Source of the DNA: Candidatus Bipolaricaulia bacterium
Lineage (GTDB): Bacteria > Bipolaricaulota > Bipolaricaulia > JBHIAT01
Assembly (NCBI GenBank): GCA_046758705.1
Contig: JBHIAT010000040.1
Location: forward strand, 1 to 23,789
DNA: 23,789 nt
Direction of reading: 5' to 3'
Part shown: piece by piece, positions 15,801 to 23,789 of the stretch
Layout: each line of letters opens with the position of its first letter
Numbering within the stretch: position 1 is the first letter of the stretch
Translations under genes and position numbers: made by a program
Notes under the pieces: generated by a model
Told to the model about the DNA's origin: nothing
The model's database searches: none
The model's input: only the letters and a program-made list of their open reading frames with translations

Positions 15801-16661
15801 ATGATACCCGTCTTGTTTGCCCTCATTGCTTATCTTGGGTGGGGAATTGGCGATGTTTTTAGCACCATCGTTACGAGAAAATTAGGTGCGTACTCCACCA
15901 CGTTTTGGAACTTGGTATTCGGACTGCTCATCTTTAGCCCTTATATCCCCTTTGTCCTCAATGATCTTCAAAATATCACTCCAGGCATCTTTCTTTTAAA
16001 TATTGCACTTGCTGCCGTCCTCATCGTTGGGATCGTTGCCTTTTATGAGGGTTTAAGGATTGCCAATCCGTCTCTGGTTGGCACCATCGCAGCCTCGTTT
16101 GCCGCGGTGACCGTGGTTCTTTCGATTATCTTTCTCAAAGAGAGGATTACGGCCCCTCAGACCGTTGCTATGCTTGTTGTATTCTCGGGTTTAATCGTAT
16201 CAACTACGGATTTCAACGGGTTAAGCGCGGGGAAGTTGGCTATCAATCGCGGGATATTTTTGGCCCTTGTGGCCATGATGAGTTGGGGCGTTTACTTTAC
16301 CTTTATTAAAATTCCTGTTCGTGAGATCGGCTGGTTTTGGCCCGCGTATATTTCTTCTACTCCTTTTCCTTTGGTGTTTCTATTTATGAGAAGGCACAAA
16401 ATCAAATTGACCAGACCTAACTTCAAAGGCGCTCTGCTGCCGTTGGTTTTGGGTGCGTTTCTCGTCAGGGTAGCAGAGCTAAGCTTTAACTTTGCGATCG
16501 ATAGGGGACTGACGGCAGTCGTTGCCCCGATTGCAGGTGCTTATCCCACGCTTTTTGTCGTTTTGGCGTTTTTGGTTTTTAAAGACCCGATCACAAAACA
16601 GCAAATTGCGGGTATTGGGGTCACGTTAATCGGAATCGTGCTGCTCTCAATCTTCAGTTAG
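15801..16661 (+). CDS. DMT/EamA family transporter
   Basis: 286 aa, about 10 TM segments in two repeats, with IFLKERI and VFKDPIT motifs. Lower GC than its neighbours. Confidence 0.88.
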   Translation: MIPVLFALIAYLGWGIGDVFSTIVTRKLGAYSTTFWNLVFGLLIFSPYIPFVLNDLQNITPGIFLLNIALAAVLIVGIVAFYEGLRIANPSLVGTIAASFAAVTVVLSIIFLKERITAPQTVAMLVVFSGLIVSTTDFNGLSAGKLAINRGIFLALVAMMSWGVYFTFIKIPVREIGWFWPAYISSTPFPLVFLFMRRHKIKLTRPNFKGALLPLVLGAFLVRVAELSFNFAIDRGLTAVVAPIAGAYPTLFVVLAFLVFKDPITKQQIAGIGVTLIGIVLLSIFS

Positions 16662-16689
16662 GATGTCTACGTCTTTTCAAGATCCCACT

Positions 16690-17562
16690 TCAAGCCCGTT
16701 CAACCATTGCTCGGATGCGATCCAGGTGTTTTTCGGCCTCCTGCTCGCCGGCGATGACGAACTCGTCGATGTGGTCGAACGCCGTCCAGTCGGTCCCCTG
16801 GACGTCCGGTCGCAGTACCACCACGTGCTTCTCCCCCAACCGCTCCCGAGCCAATGCCCTCTGGGTGCGGGTCAGCTGGCGCCGTGCCATGAGATCGGCA
16901 TGCATCAAAACATCCAGGGTCGATCTCGCCTCGTAGAGAGGGATCGCACCGACATCGACGGCGATGACCCGATCGGCACCCATCGTAATGGCGGCATCGA
17001 TGGGCACCAGGTCGACGACGCCACCGTCGACGAGATACCGTCCGCCAAACTCCACCGGGTGGTAGACCATCGGGAGGGTGGTGCTCGCTTCGACCGCGCG
17101 GCAGATCAATCCTTCCTGGATGAAGACCGGCTCACCGGTGTCAATGTCGGCGGCAACGGCGGTGAACGGGATACGCAAATCCTCAAACCGGGTATCGCCG
17201 GTGAATTGGGCGAACAGTTCGCACATCGCGTGTATGTGCGCCTGTGCTTTGGATGGGGGAGAGTGCTAATCCCGCCGAAACAGGTACTCGGAGACCGTCC
17301 AGCCGAGGAGTCGCCGCAGGGTCTTGGTAAGCCCCTCAGGGATGTTGAGCGCCTTCTTGAGGTCGATCTCCTTGATCGCCTCCGCCAGCTGATCCATGTC
17401 AAGCCCGGACGCGAACGCGCCACCGATGGCCGCTCCCATGCTGGTCCCCGCCACACAATGAATGGGGATATCATGCTCCAACAGGGCGCACAGCACCCCG
17501 ATATGGGCAAGGCCCCGGGCGCCGCCGCCTCCAAGAGCCATACCGACGACTGGTTCTGCCAT
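16690..17562 (-). pseudogene. Patatin-like phospholipase interrupted by one in-frame TAG at 17268-17266
   Basis: GGGGARG and GTSMG lie in 17266-17562 and DGG lies in 16690-17226. The two ORFs are in the same frame, separated by TAG plus 13 sense codons. SD GGAGG precedes the ATG at 17562. Confidence 0.85.
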
Positions 17563-17623
17563 GACGTTCCTCCGGTTCAGAAAGATCCGCTAAGCTTGTA
17601 TCCAAGGTTCTTAATCCGCAAAC

Positions 17624-18979
17624 TTAACCGATCCTTTCCGGGATCTTCGACAGCTCGGCTCTCCAGCCGCTGCGCTCCATCAGCGCTGAAAATTGACGCT
17701 CGAATTCCGCACACACCTGGTCTTCGTCGACGGTTTGGACGGTCCGGGCCTCCATGATCACCCGACCGCCCACGATGACCGTGTCCACATCCGCACCGCT
17801 CGCCGAGTAGACCAACAAAGAGGGCAGGTTGTGCGTCGGACGCAGGTGGGGTTTGGAAAGATCGACCACGATGAGATCCGCCTGCTTTCCAACCTCGATC
17901 GATCCGATCTTATCCTCCATGCCGAGCGCTTTGGCGCCGTTGATCGTCGCCATCTCTAAAACCTGCCACGCCGACAAGGTGGCTGGGTCTCGGCGGTTGA
18001 GTTTGTGAATGATCGCGGCTGTCTTCATCTCTTCGAACAGATCCAGATTATTGTTGCTCCCTGTCCCATCGGTGCCCAGCGAGACGTTGATCCCCGCTTC
18101 GAGCATCTGGGGGACTGGAGAGATGCCGGTGCCGCCCTTGAGCTTACAGACCGGATTGTGGTTGGCTTTCACACCGCTCCGCTTCAAGATCTCGATCTCT
18201 GCGTCGTCAACGGTGACCACGTGCGCCCCCAGGATATCCTCCCCTAAGAAGCCGATTTCGTGAAGCAGCGTCACGGTGCTCTTCCCATACTTGGCCATCA
18301 CGATCTCCGTCTCGAAATCTCCTTCGGCCAGATGGAGATGGATACGAAGTCCCGTTTCATCGGCGGTCTCTCTGATCTTCTGGAGCGTTTCTAGGGAGCA
18401 GGTGTAAGCTGAGTGAGGGCCGAGGAAGCCTTTGACCCTGCCCTCGGCATATCCGTCGTACGCGTTCGCAAACGCGACGCTCGTTTCCAGGCTCGTGTCT
18501 ATCTTTTCCGGCCCGCTAAACTCCAGCACCGCCTGGGCAAGCGCTCCTCGAATCCCGGTCCGCTTGACCGCCTCGGCGACCTGTTCCATAAGGAAGTAGT
18601 GGTCGGCGAAGCAGGTGGTCCCGGTTTTGATCATCTCAACGCAGCCGAGCAGAGATCCCCAAAGCACATCCTCCGGAGTCAGGTTCGACTCGATCGACCA
18701 GGCCCGCTCCAGCCATTCTGTGCCGGAGATGTCGTCGACCACCCCCCTGAACAAGGTCATGGCTAGGTGGGTGTGCGTGTTGATCAGGCCGGGCAAAACC
18801 GCCATGCCCGTGGCATCTATGACTTTGACTTTGTCGGCCGCGTAGTGATTCTCCAACTCGGCGGTTGGACCGATCTCCGCAATCTTGCCGTCGTCCACGA
18901 TGATCGAAAAATCTTTGAGCACGTCTCGCTGTCCATCGAGCGGTAGGAGTATTCCGTTTTTTATGTGAATGTCTATCAT
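17624..18979 (-). CDS. Metal-dependent amidohydrolase, MTA/SAH deaminase (MtaD)-like
   Basis: PGLINTHTH, EMIKTGTTCFAD, GPHSAYT, HLHLAE, AHVV, LGTDG..SNN, ATINGAKALG, GSIEVGKQAD. The ATG at 18979 has SD AGGAAGTGA; an alternative GTG lies at 18988. Confidence 0.88.
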   Translation of the reverse strand: MIDIHIKNGILLPLDGQRDVLKDFSIIVDDGKIAEIGPTAELENHYAADKVKVIDATGMAVLPGLINTHTHLAMTLFRGVVDDISGTEWLERAWSIESNLTPEDVLWGSLLGCVEMIKTGTTCFADHYFLMEQVAEAVKRTGIRGALAQAVLEFSGPEKIDTSLETSVAFANAYDGYAEGRVKGFLGPHSAYTCSLETLQKIRETADETGLRIHLHLAEGDFETEIVMAKYGKSTVTLLHEIGFLGEDILGAHVVTVDDAEIEILKRSGVKANHNPVCKLKGGTGISPVPQMLEAGINVSLGTDGTGSNNNLDLFEEMKTAAIIHKLNRRDPATLSAWQVLEMATINGAKALGMEDKIGSIEVGKQADLIVVDLSKPHLRPTHNLPSLLVYSASGADVDTVIVGGRVIMEARTVQTVDEDQVCAEFERQFSALMERSGWRAELSKIPERIG

Positions 18980-19022
18980 CGATTTCACTTCCTGTTAGAT
19001 ATCAGATTAAGGAAGGTGATAG

Positions 19023-19946
19023 TCATCCACCTCGCCGCCCCGGCCGAGTGAACCACCTTCTCAGATATCCGGCAAGTACCATGCTGAGTCGCTCCTGGTG
19101 AAGCAGCATCTCCATCAAGCTCCGGTAGGCGGATCGAAGTTCGAGAACCGAAAACCACTCCGGCTTGATATCCAGTAGGTAGATCCCTCGATACCTACCT
19201 GCGATCCGGTTGAAGATTTGCTGATACGGGAGCATGCCGCGGCCCGGAGGAAGCATGAGATCGCCGAACCGAGGATCGTCCTCGTCGAGGATTCCGTAGT
19301 TGTCATCAAGATGCAGATGGATCACCCACGGCAGGATCCGATCGACCGCCGCAAACAGGTCGAAGCCGAGCCGGTTGGCCGCCAGGAACGCATGGCCCAG
19401 ATCGAGGGTGATCCCCAAATGGGGGGAGTTAAACCGCGCCACCAGTTCGGTGAGATCGTCGAGGTGAATCAGGGGCTCATCAAGGGTCCAACCGTTCTCC
19501 AGGCCGATGCGGATACCCCGACGGGAGGCGTAATAGACGTAATTGCTGAGCACCCGAATGATCTGGCGTTTGACGCAGTCGGAGTTAGGGTCTTTGGCTC
19601 GGCCGGTGTGCAAAACCAGGATTTCCGCATTGACGAGCTCACAGAAGTCGATCGAGTTGCGCAGCGCGTTCTTAGAGCGTTCATCATCGGGATCGGCGAT
19701 GTTGATGAGCGCAGACGGGGCGTGGACGGTGTAGGTGAGGTCGTAGCGTGCCAACACTTTGGAGATGCGGCGCAGCGCCTTGATATCGAGATTGCCGTCC
19801 GCTTCCCGGATGACACCAAGGGTACGTGGTGTGGGCTCAAGCTCGACGACATCGAAGCCGACCTGGGTGAACCGATGGAGCAGATCACCGAGCTGCTTCG
19901 GATCAGAGATCAGCATGCTGTGCAGCTCGATGCCGATCCGATTCAC
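19023..19946 (-). CDS. Sugar phosphate isomerase/epimerase (xylose isomerase-like TIM barrel, AP endonuclease family 2)
   Basis: RIGI, GFDVVEL, TVHAP, LVLHTG, IGLEN, TLDLGHA, HLHLDDN, PGRG motifs. Confidence 0.8.
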   Translation of the reverse strand: MNRIGIELHSMLISDPKQLGDLLHRFTQVGFDVVELEPTPRTLGVIREADGNLDIKALRRISKVLARYDLTYTVHAPSALINIADPDDERSKNALRNSIDFCELVNAEILVLHTGRAKDPNSDCVKRQIIRVLSNYVYYASRRGIRIGLENGWTLDEPLIHLDDLTELVARFNSPHLGITLDLGHAFLAANRLGFDLFAAVDRILPWVIHLHLDDNYGILDEDDPRFGDLMLPPGRGMLPYQQIFNRIAGRYRGIYLLDIKPEWFSVLELRSAYRSLMEMLLHQERLSMVLAGYLRRWFTRPGRRGG

Positions 19947-20053
19947 TGGCCGCGCCGTCGCGACGACGGCTCACCTCCACTCTTGTAGTCGCAGGACTCA
20001 GCGGGATATGTACGTAATCGAAGATGCAAATACGAAGTAAAAACATGGGTAAT

Positions 20054-20067
20054 AGGAGTTAACTCCT
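20054..20067. promoter_or_regulatory. Perfect 14-bp palindrome, candidate operator
   Basis: AGGAGTTAACTCCT in the divergent intergenic region. Confidence 0.4.
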
Positions 20068-20128
20068 GAGGACAGAACTCCCGATGTAATTCTCTAACCG
20101 GTCCGTTTGGCAACTCCATCGTAAATTT

Positions 20129-20158
20129 TTGACAGATGGATATCGAACATAATAAACT
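20129..20158 (+). promoter_or_regulatory. Putative promoter of the sugar ABC operon
   Basis: TTGACA (20129-20134), 18 nt, TAAACT (20153-20158). Confidence 0.55.
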
Positions 20159-20177
20159 AAAAATCCAAAATTGTCAA
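20149..20177 (-). promoter_or_regulatory. Promoter of the isomerase-amidohydrolase-patatin operon
   Basis: Minus strand TTGACA (20177-20172), 17 nt, TATTAT (20154-20149). Confidence 0.7.
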
Positions 20178-20235
20178 GAGCGGCGATCCTGGAGGCAGCT
20201 GGTTTTGACAGCAGAGAAAAAAAGAGGGGGAAGAG

Positions 20236-21585
20236 ATGCTAAACCGAATTTTGACTATAGGGATAGCGATCGCGGTCTTGGGCTTTGCGTTGCCTATGGT
20301 CTCTGCCCTCGGGCAGGAACCGGAGGTTGTCACGTTGCGGGCCAGCGTCATCGGTCCTGGACCAATGGGGGTCAAGAAGGCGACCAACCTGGAACTGGCG
20401 GCCGAGCGACTCAACGAAATGCTGAGGGTGTCAGGAGCATCGGTGCAGGTGAATGTCGATGTCGAATTTTCGGAGCTTAAGTGGGGACCGTTTGCCGACA
20501 AGTTCTATCTCGACTTCAGAGCTGGTCAGGCGCCTGATATCGTCACCATGAGAGAGACGGCTGACCTGGCCAAGGGGGGATTCATCATCCCGCTCGATGA
20601 CCATGTCAATGCTTTCTGGGATCTCAACTACTACGACTTCTATCCCAACCTCTGGGAGGGTGCCGTATGGAACGGTAAGATCTGGGGCATTCCCCATGAT
20701 GTCTCGCCGTCCGGGATCTGGTACCGGAAGGACGTGCTCCGGGAGCTCGGTTATAGTGACGCGGAGATCGCACAGATGCTGCCCACATCCGGGGACGTGT
20801 CCTTAGATGTCCTGGCCAAGCTGGCGAAGGAGACCGTCGATGCGGGTTTGGTTGAGTTCGGTATCCTGCACCGGCCCAGCTCGGGCTCAAATTTCTACGG
20901 GACGTTGCTGGCCTTCGGGGTCGAGGCTTACGATCCTGAAAAAGACGCGTTGGCGCTGAACAAGCCGGCGATGCGGGGATTCTACGAGTGGCATGCCGAG
21001 ATGGTCAGACAGGGCGTCATCCCCGCCGAGCCGCCACCGTGGGGGACGATCCACGGTACGTTCGTCGAGGGGAAGACGTTCAGCACCTGGGCGAGCCACG
21101 TCGGCACCCCGTCCGAATGGGCGGCGAAGTATGGGCTCACCGACGAGAGTTTGAAACAGGATCTGGGCTTCATCCCGTTCCTTCCGGCTACCCCCGAGGT
21201 GTCACCCGTCTCTGTCAATGACTACCCGCTCTACTTTGTGACCAGCCAATCGAAGCATCCGGAGATCGCGGCGCTGTTGCTCATGTTTGCGACCTCTCCG
21301 GAGGCGGCCGCGATTCACTCGGCGTTCTCACTGCGACCTCCTTACCGAAGATCCGCCGTATACCATCCGCTCATTGCGGATAATGACTACCTTCAGGTGG
21401 TGGCCTCATCTGCCGAGACGGTGAGACCCGTTCCCATCCATCCGAAGTTCTGGGCCTATATGGGGCGTGCCTTTGAGGCGTTAAAGGGAGTGGAAGCGGG
21501 GATCATCAGCCCGGCCCAGGCGGTCCAAGACCTGGAGGCGTTCTTGAGGATCGAGGCGCCGGATGCGGTGATCATCGGGAGGTAA
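20236..21585 (+). CDS. Carbohydrate (CUT1) ABC transporter substrate-binding protein
   Basis: Signal peptide, AGQAPDIV, GFIIPLDD, WNGKIWGIP, YRKDVL, SKHPEIA. Followed by two CUT1 permeases. Confidence 0.9.
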   Translation: MLNRILTIGIAIAVLGFALPMVSALGQEPEVVTLRASVIGPGPMGVKKATNLELAAERLNEMLRVSGASVQVNVDVEFSELKWGPFADKFYLDFRAGQAPDIVTMRETADLAKGGFIIPLDDHVNAFWDLNYYDFYPNLWEGAVWNGKIWGIPHDVSPSGIWYRKDVLRELGYSDAEIAQMLPTSGDVSLDVLAKLAKETVDAGLVEFGILHRPSSGSNFYGTLLAFGVEAYDPEKDALALNKPAMRGFYEWHAEMVRQGVIPAEPPPWGTIHGTFVEGKTFSTWASHVGTPSEWAAKYGLTDESLKQDLGFIPFLPATPEVSPVSVNDYPLYFVTSQSKHPEIAALLLMFATSPEAAAIHSAFSLRPPYRRSAVYHPLIADNDYLQVVASSAETVRPVPIHPKFWAYMGRAFEALKGVEAGIISPAQAVQDLEAFLRIEAPDAVIIGR

Positions 21586-21627
21586 CCGCGGCGGCACCGA
21601 CATGAGTTAATGTAGTCCATGTCAATG

Positions 21628-21660
21628 GCCCCTTGGAGGGAGTCATCCCCTTCAAGGGGC
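21628..21660 (+). terminator. Intercistronic stem-loop after the SBP gene (stabiliser or attenuator)
   Basis: GCCCCTTGGAGGGA-GTCA-TCCCCTTCAAGGGGC, a stem of about 13 bp without a long U-tract. Confidence 0.6.
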
Positions 21661-21694
21661 TTCGTCAATCATAGTAGTGTTTTGATGGGATGCA

Positions 21695-22600
21695 ATGATC
21701 CGAAAGCTGAAGGGTACGATCAGACCCTCCATCCCGCTCTTCCTTGGGCCCAGTGTCATCCTGGTTCTCATCTTTTACTTTGTCCCGATCGCGCTGACGA
21801 TCACCATGGCGTTCACTCGCATCGATCAGACGTTCACCTGGGAGTTGATCGGACTTGATAACTTCCGCCGGTTGATCGGGAATCAGGATCCCCTCATATT
21901 CAGGATCGTCAAGAATACGGTCGTCTACGTGGTCGCCACCCTTCCGATGATCATCGGGGGCGCGCTATTGATCTCTCTGCTCTCCTGGAGGATGGGAAAG
22001 CGAGCCCGGATCCTGTTCAGGACGATCTTCTTCCTGCCTCGGATGTTCCCCCCGGTCGTCTGGGCGTTCCTGTGGATCGTGAGTTTCGAGGGGACTCGCT
22101 ATGGGGTGTTTAACTCCGCGTTAGGGGCGTTCGGGATCTCCCCGATCCATTGGTTCATCCGCTATCCGATGACGGCCGTCATCTTGGCGAACGGCTTTCT
22201 GGGCATTGCATTGGCGATGTTGATCTTCAGCTCCTCCATCGAGTCCATCCCCCAGGACTACATCTGGGCGGCCGAGGTGGACGGCGCGTCGTTCTGGCAA
22301 CTGTCGAGATATATCGTTATCCCTCTGCTGAAGTGGCCGATCGCGACGATGACCATCTGGCATCTGATGTCCATGACCAACTCCTATGAATACATCTTGC
22401 TCATCACCAACGGGGGGCCGTACTTTACCACGGAAGTATGGGCCCTTTATGGTTACCACAGTGCGTTCCAGACATATCAGTACGGATATGGGAGCAGCCT
22501 GATGACCGTGCTGATGGGGGTGAACTTGGTGCTGTTCGTGATCGTCTGGAAGGTCTTCGGGATCAGAAGGTTGCTCCGTCCTAGCGGGGTGGAGGTATAA
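21695..22600 (+). CDS. Carbohydrate ABC transporter permease (MalF/UgpA-like)
   Basis: IGLDNF, FRTIFFLP, EAA loop SIPQDYIWAAEVDGASFWQ, TNGGP, YGYGS. Confidence 0.93.
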   Translation: MIRKLKGTIRPSIPLFLGPSVILVLIFYFVPIALTITMAFTRIDQTFTWELIGLDNFRRLIGNQDPLIFRIVKNTVVYVVATLPMIIGGALLISLLSWRMGKRARILFRTIFFLPRMFPPVVWAFLWIVSFEGTRYGVFNSALGAFGISPIHWFIRYPMTAVILANGFLGIALAMLIFSSSIESIPQDYIWAAEVDGASFWQLSRYIVIPLLKWPIATMTIWHLMSMTNSYEYILLITNGGPYFTTEVWALYGYHSAFQTYQYGYGSSLMTVLMGVNLVLFVIVWKVFGIRRLLRPSGVEV

Positions 22601-23434
22601 ATGAAAATGAAGGGGATCGGTAAAGCGGTACCCTATGTGATCCTGACACTCATCGTCCTACCTCTGTTGATGATGTACGTCGCCTTCTTCCTCCAATCCT
22701 TTAGCACGCAGTTGACAACGGGATTCATCCCCAAGGAGCTTGGGTTTTCCAACTTCAGCTTCCTGTGGGAGCCGCTCACCTTCGGCCTGAGGTTGGACTC
22801 GATATGGATCGTCTTGCTCAACACGGTCCTGTTCTCGGTGGTGTCAGGAGGGGTGGTGACGGTCTTATGTCTGTTAGGGGCCTACCCGCTCTCCCGGATC
22901 ACGTTCCGCGGTCGGGAGTTGTTCCTGTCGCTCCAGCTGGTGTTGCACAGCTTCCCCGGCCCTATCCTGCTGATCGCCGTCTTCTTTGTGCTGCTGTACC
23001 TGAAGTTGCTGAATACGATCCCTGGAGTGGCGTTGGCCCGGGCTGCCCTGGAGGTTCCTTTGGGGATCTGGATCCTCAAGGGGTTCTTCGATGGGATCCC
23101 ACTGGATATCGAGCGGGCGGCGATGGTCGATGGTTGTAACCGGTTCCAGGTCTGGGCCAGGGTGTTCCTGCCGTTGATCAGACCGGGGATCGCGGCGGTG
23201 TTCATCTGGGGTGCGCTGTTCGCCTGGCATGACTTCATCTATGTGTTCACCCTGTTGGGACGGGTCCGGTTAATGTCCACTCTGATCCAGGGCCTGATCG
23301 CCACCGAAGTCATCGATTTTGGGGTGTTAGCCGCCCTGTCATTGTTCTATCTGTTGCCCCCGTTGGTGCTATTCGTTTTCCTCCAGCGGGCGTTCATGCA
23401 GGTCGCCGTCTTCGGCGGTAAAGGAGCGACCTGA
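22601..23434 (+). CDS. Carbohydrate ABC transporter permease (MalG/UgpE-like)
   Basis: AYPLSRITFRGR, KGFFDGIPLDIERAAMVDGC, LPLIRPG, AWHDF, FLQR. Confidence 0.93.
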   Translation: MKMKGIGKAVPYVILTLIVLPLLMMYVAFFLQSFSTQLTTGFIPKELGFSNFSFLWEPLTFGLRLDSIWIVLLNTVLFSVVSGGVVTVLCLLGAYPLSRITFRGRELFLSLQLVLHSFPGPILLIAVFFVLLYLKLLNTIPGVALARAALEVPLGIWILKGFFDGIPLDIERAAMVDGCNRFQVWARVFLPLIRPGIAAVFIWGALFAWHDFIYVFTLLGRVRLMSTLIQGLIATEVIDFGVLAALSLFYLLPPLVLFVFLQRAFMQVAVFGGKGAT

Positions 23435-23521
23435 TATCGCGTCGATGGAAATCGCTCGGAGGGAAGGGTCTTAGAGTCAGTCGATTTTGACCGTGGGGAG
23501 AAGAAGGGAGGTAGAGTAGAG

Positions 23522-23587
23522 ATGTTAAATCGAATCTTGGCTATCGGGATGGCGATTGCGGTTCTGGGCTTTGCGTTGCGTAGCTAA
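23522..23587 (+). pseudogene. Truncated remnant (signal peptide only) of a paralog of the sugar-binding protein
   Basis: MLNRILAIGMAIAVLGFALRS* versus MLNRILTIGIAIAVLGFALP at 20236 (17/19 identical). Retains a GGGAGG SD-like leader. Confidence 0.75.
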
Positions 23588-23651
23588 CCCGTTTGAAGGC
23601 GATCATGATCCAACATCCTATCCTGAATCGTTAAACCTAACTGGCGCCTCA

Positions 23652-23680
23652 TTGACAATCCTCCCTCTTTCTGGTAAAAT
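23652..23680 (+). promoter_or_regulatory. Sigma70-type promoter for a gene beyond the window
   Basis: TTGACA (23652-23657), 17 nt, TAAAAT (23675-23680) with extended -10 TG. Confidence 0.7.
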
Positions 23681-23789
23681 AAATAGAATCTTCTGCATGA
23701 TTTTTGCCCCATTTTCAGTTTTTAGACCCTATAGGCTTACCGTTCGCTCATTCTAGATAGCAAAAATCAGAATCGCCGGTTCGACAGCG

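Noticed and set aside
16663-17757. 364-aa plus-strand ORF spanning the patatin gene
   Set aside because: Antisense shadow without family motifs; the minus strand carries clear patatin motifs and an SD.
19218-19988. 256-aa plus-strand ORF
   Set aside because: Antisense shadow of the TIM-barrel gene.
23556-23756. 66-aa ORF at the right end
   Set aside because: No SD or motif; it runs through the SBP relic and a consensus promoter.

Overview
Bacterial chromosomal region, mostly about 55-60% GC by eye. The lineage is uncertain; tRNA-Arg(GCG), a large Alu-type SRP RNA and archaeal-like binding proteins point to a deep-branching lineage such as Bipolaricaulota (inference only). From left to right: a truncated nucleoside-hydrolase-like fusion remnant; a Phd/YefM-RelE toxin-antitoxin operon with a consensus promoter and operator; and a stable-RNA operon (tRNA-Ser(CGA), tRNA-Arg(GCG), tRNA-Ser(GGA), large SRP RNA). 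The spacers of this RNA operon carry an AT-rich 8-nt-periodic inverted-repeat element, once empty and once wrapped around a four-helix-bundle (23S rRNA IVS/Avd-like) gene; this is the most unusual feature of the window. A ~21 kb uptake/catabolism block follows: an Opp/Dpp-family ABC operon (-); a nucleoside ABC operon with two tandem BMP binding proteins, a nucleoside hydrolase and a low-GC EamA gene (+); a TIM-barrel isomerase, an MtaD-like amidohydrolase and a patatin gene with an in-frame TAG (-); and a CUT1 sugar ABC binding protein with two permeases, followed by a truncated duplicate of its signal peptide (+).
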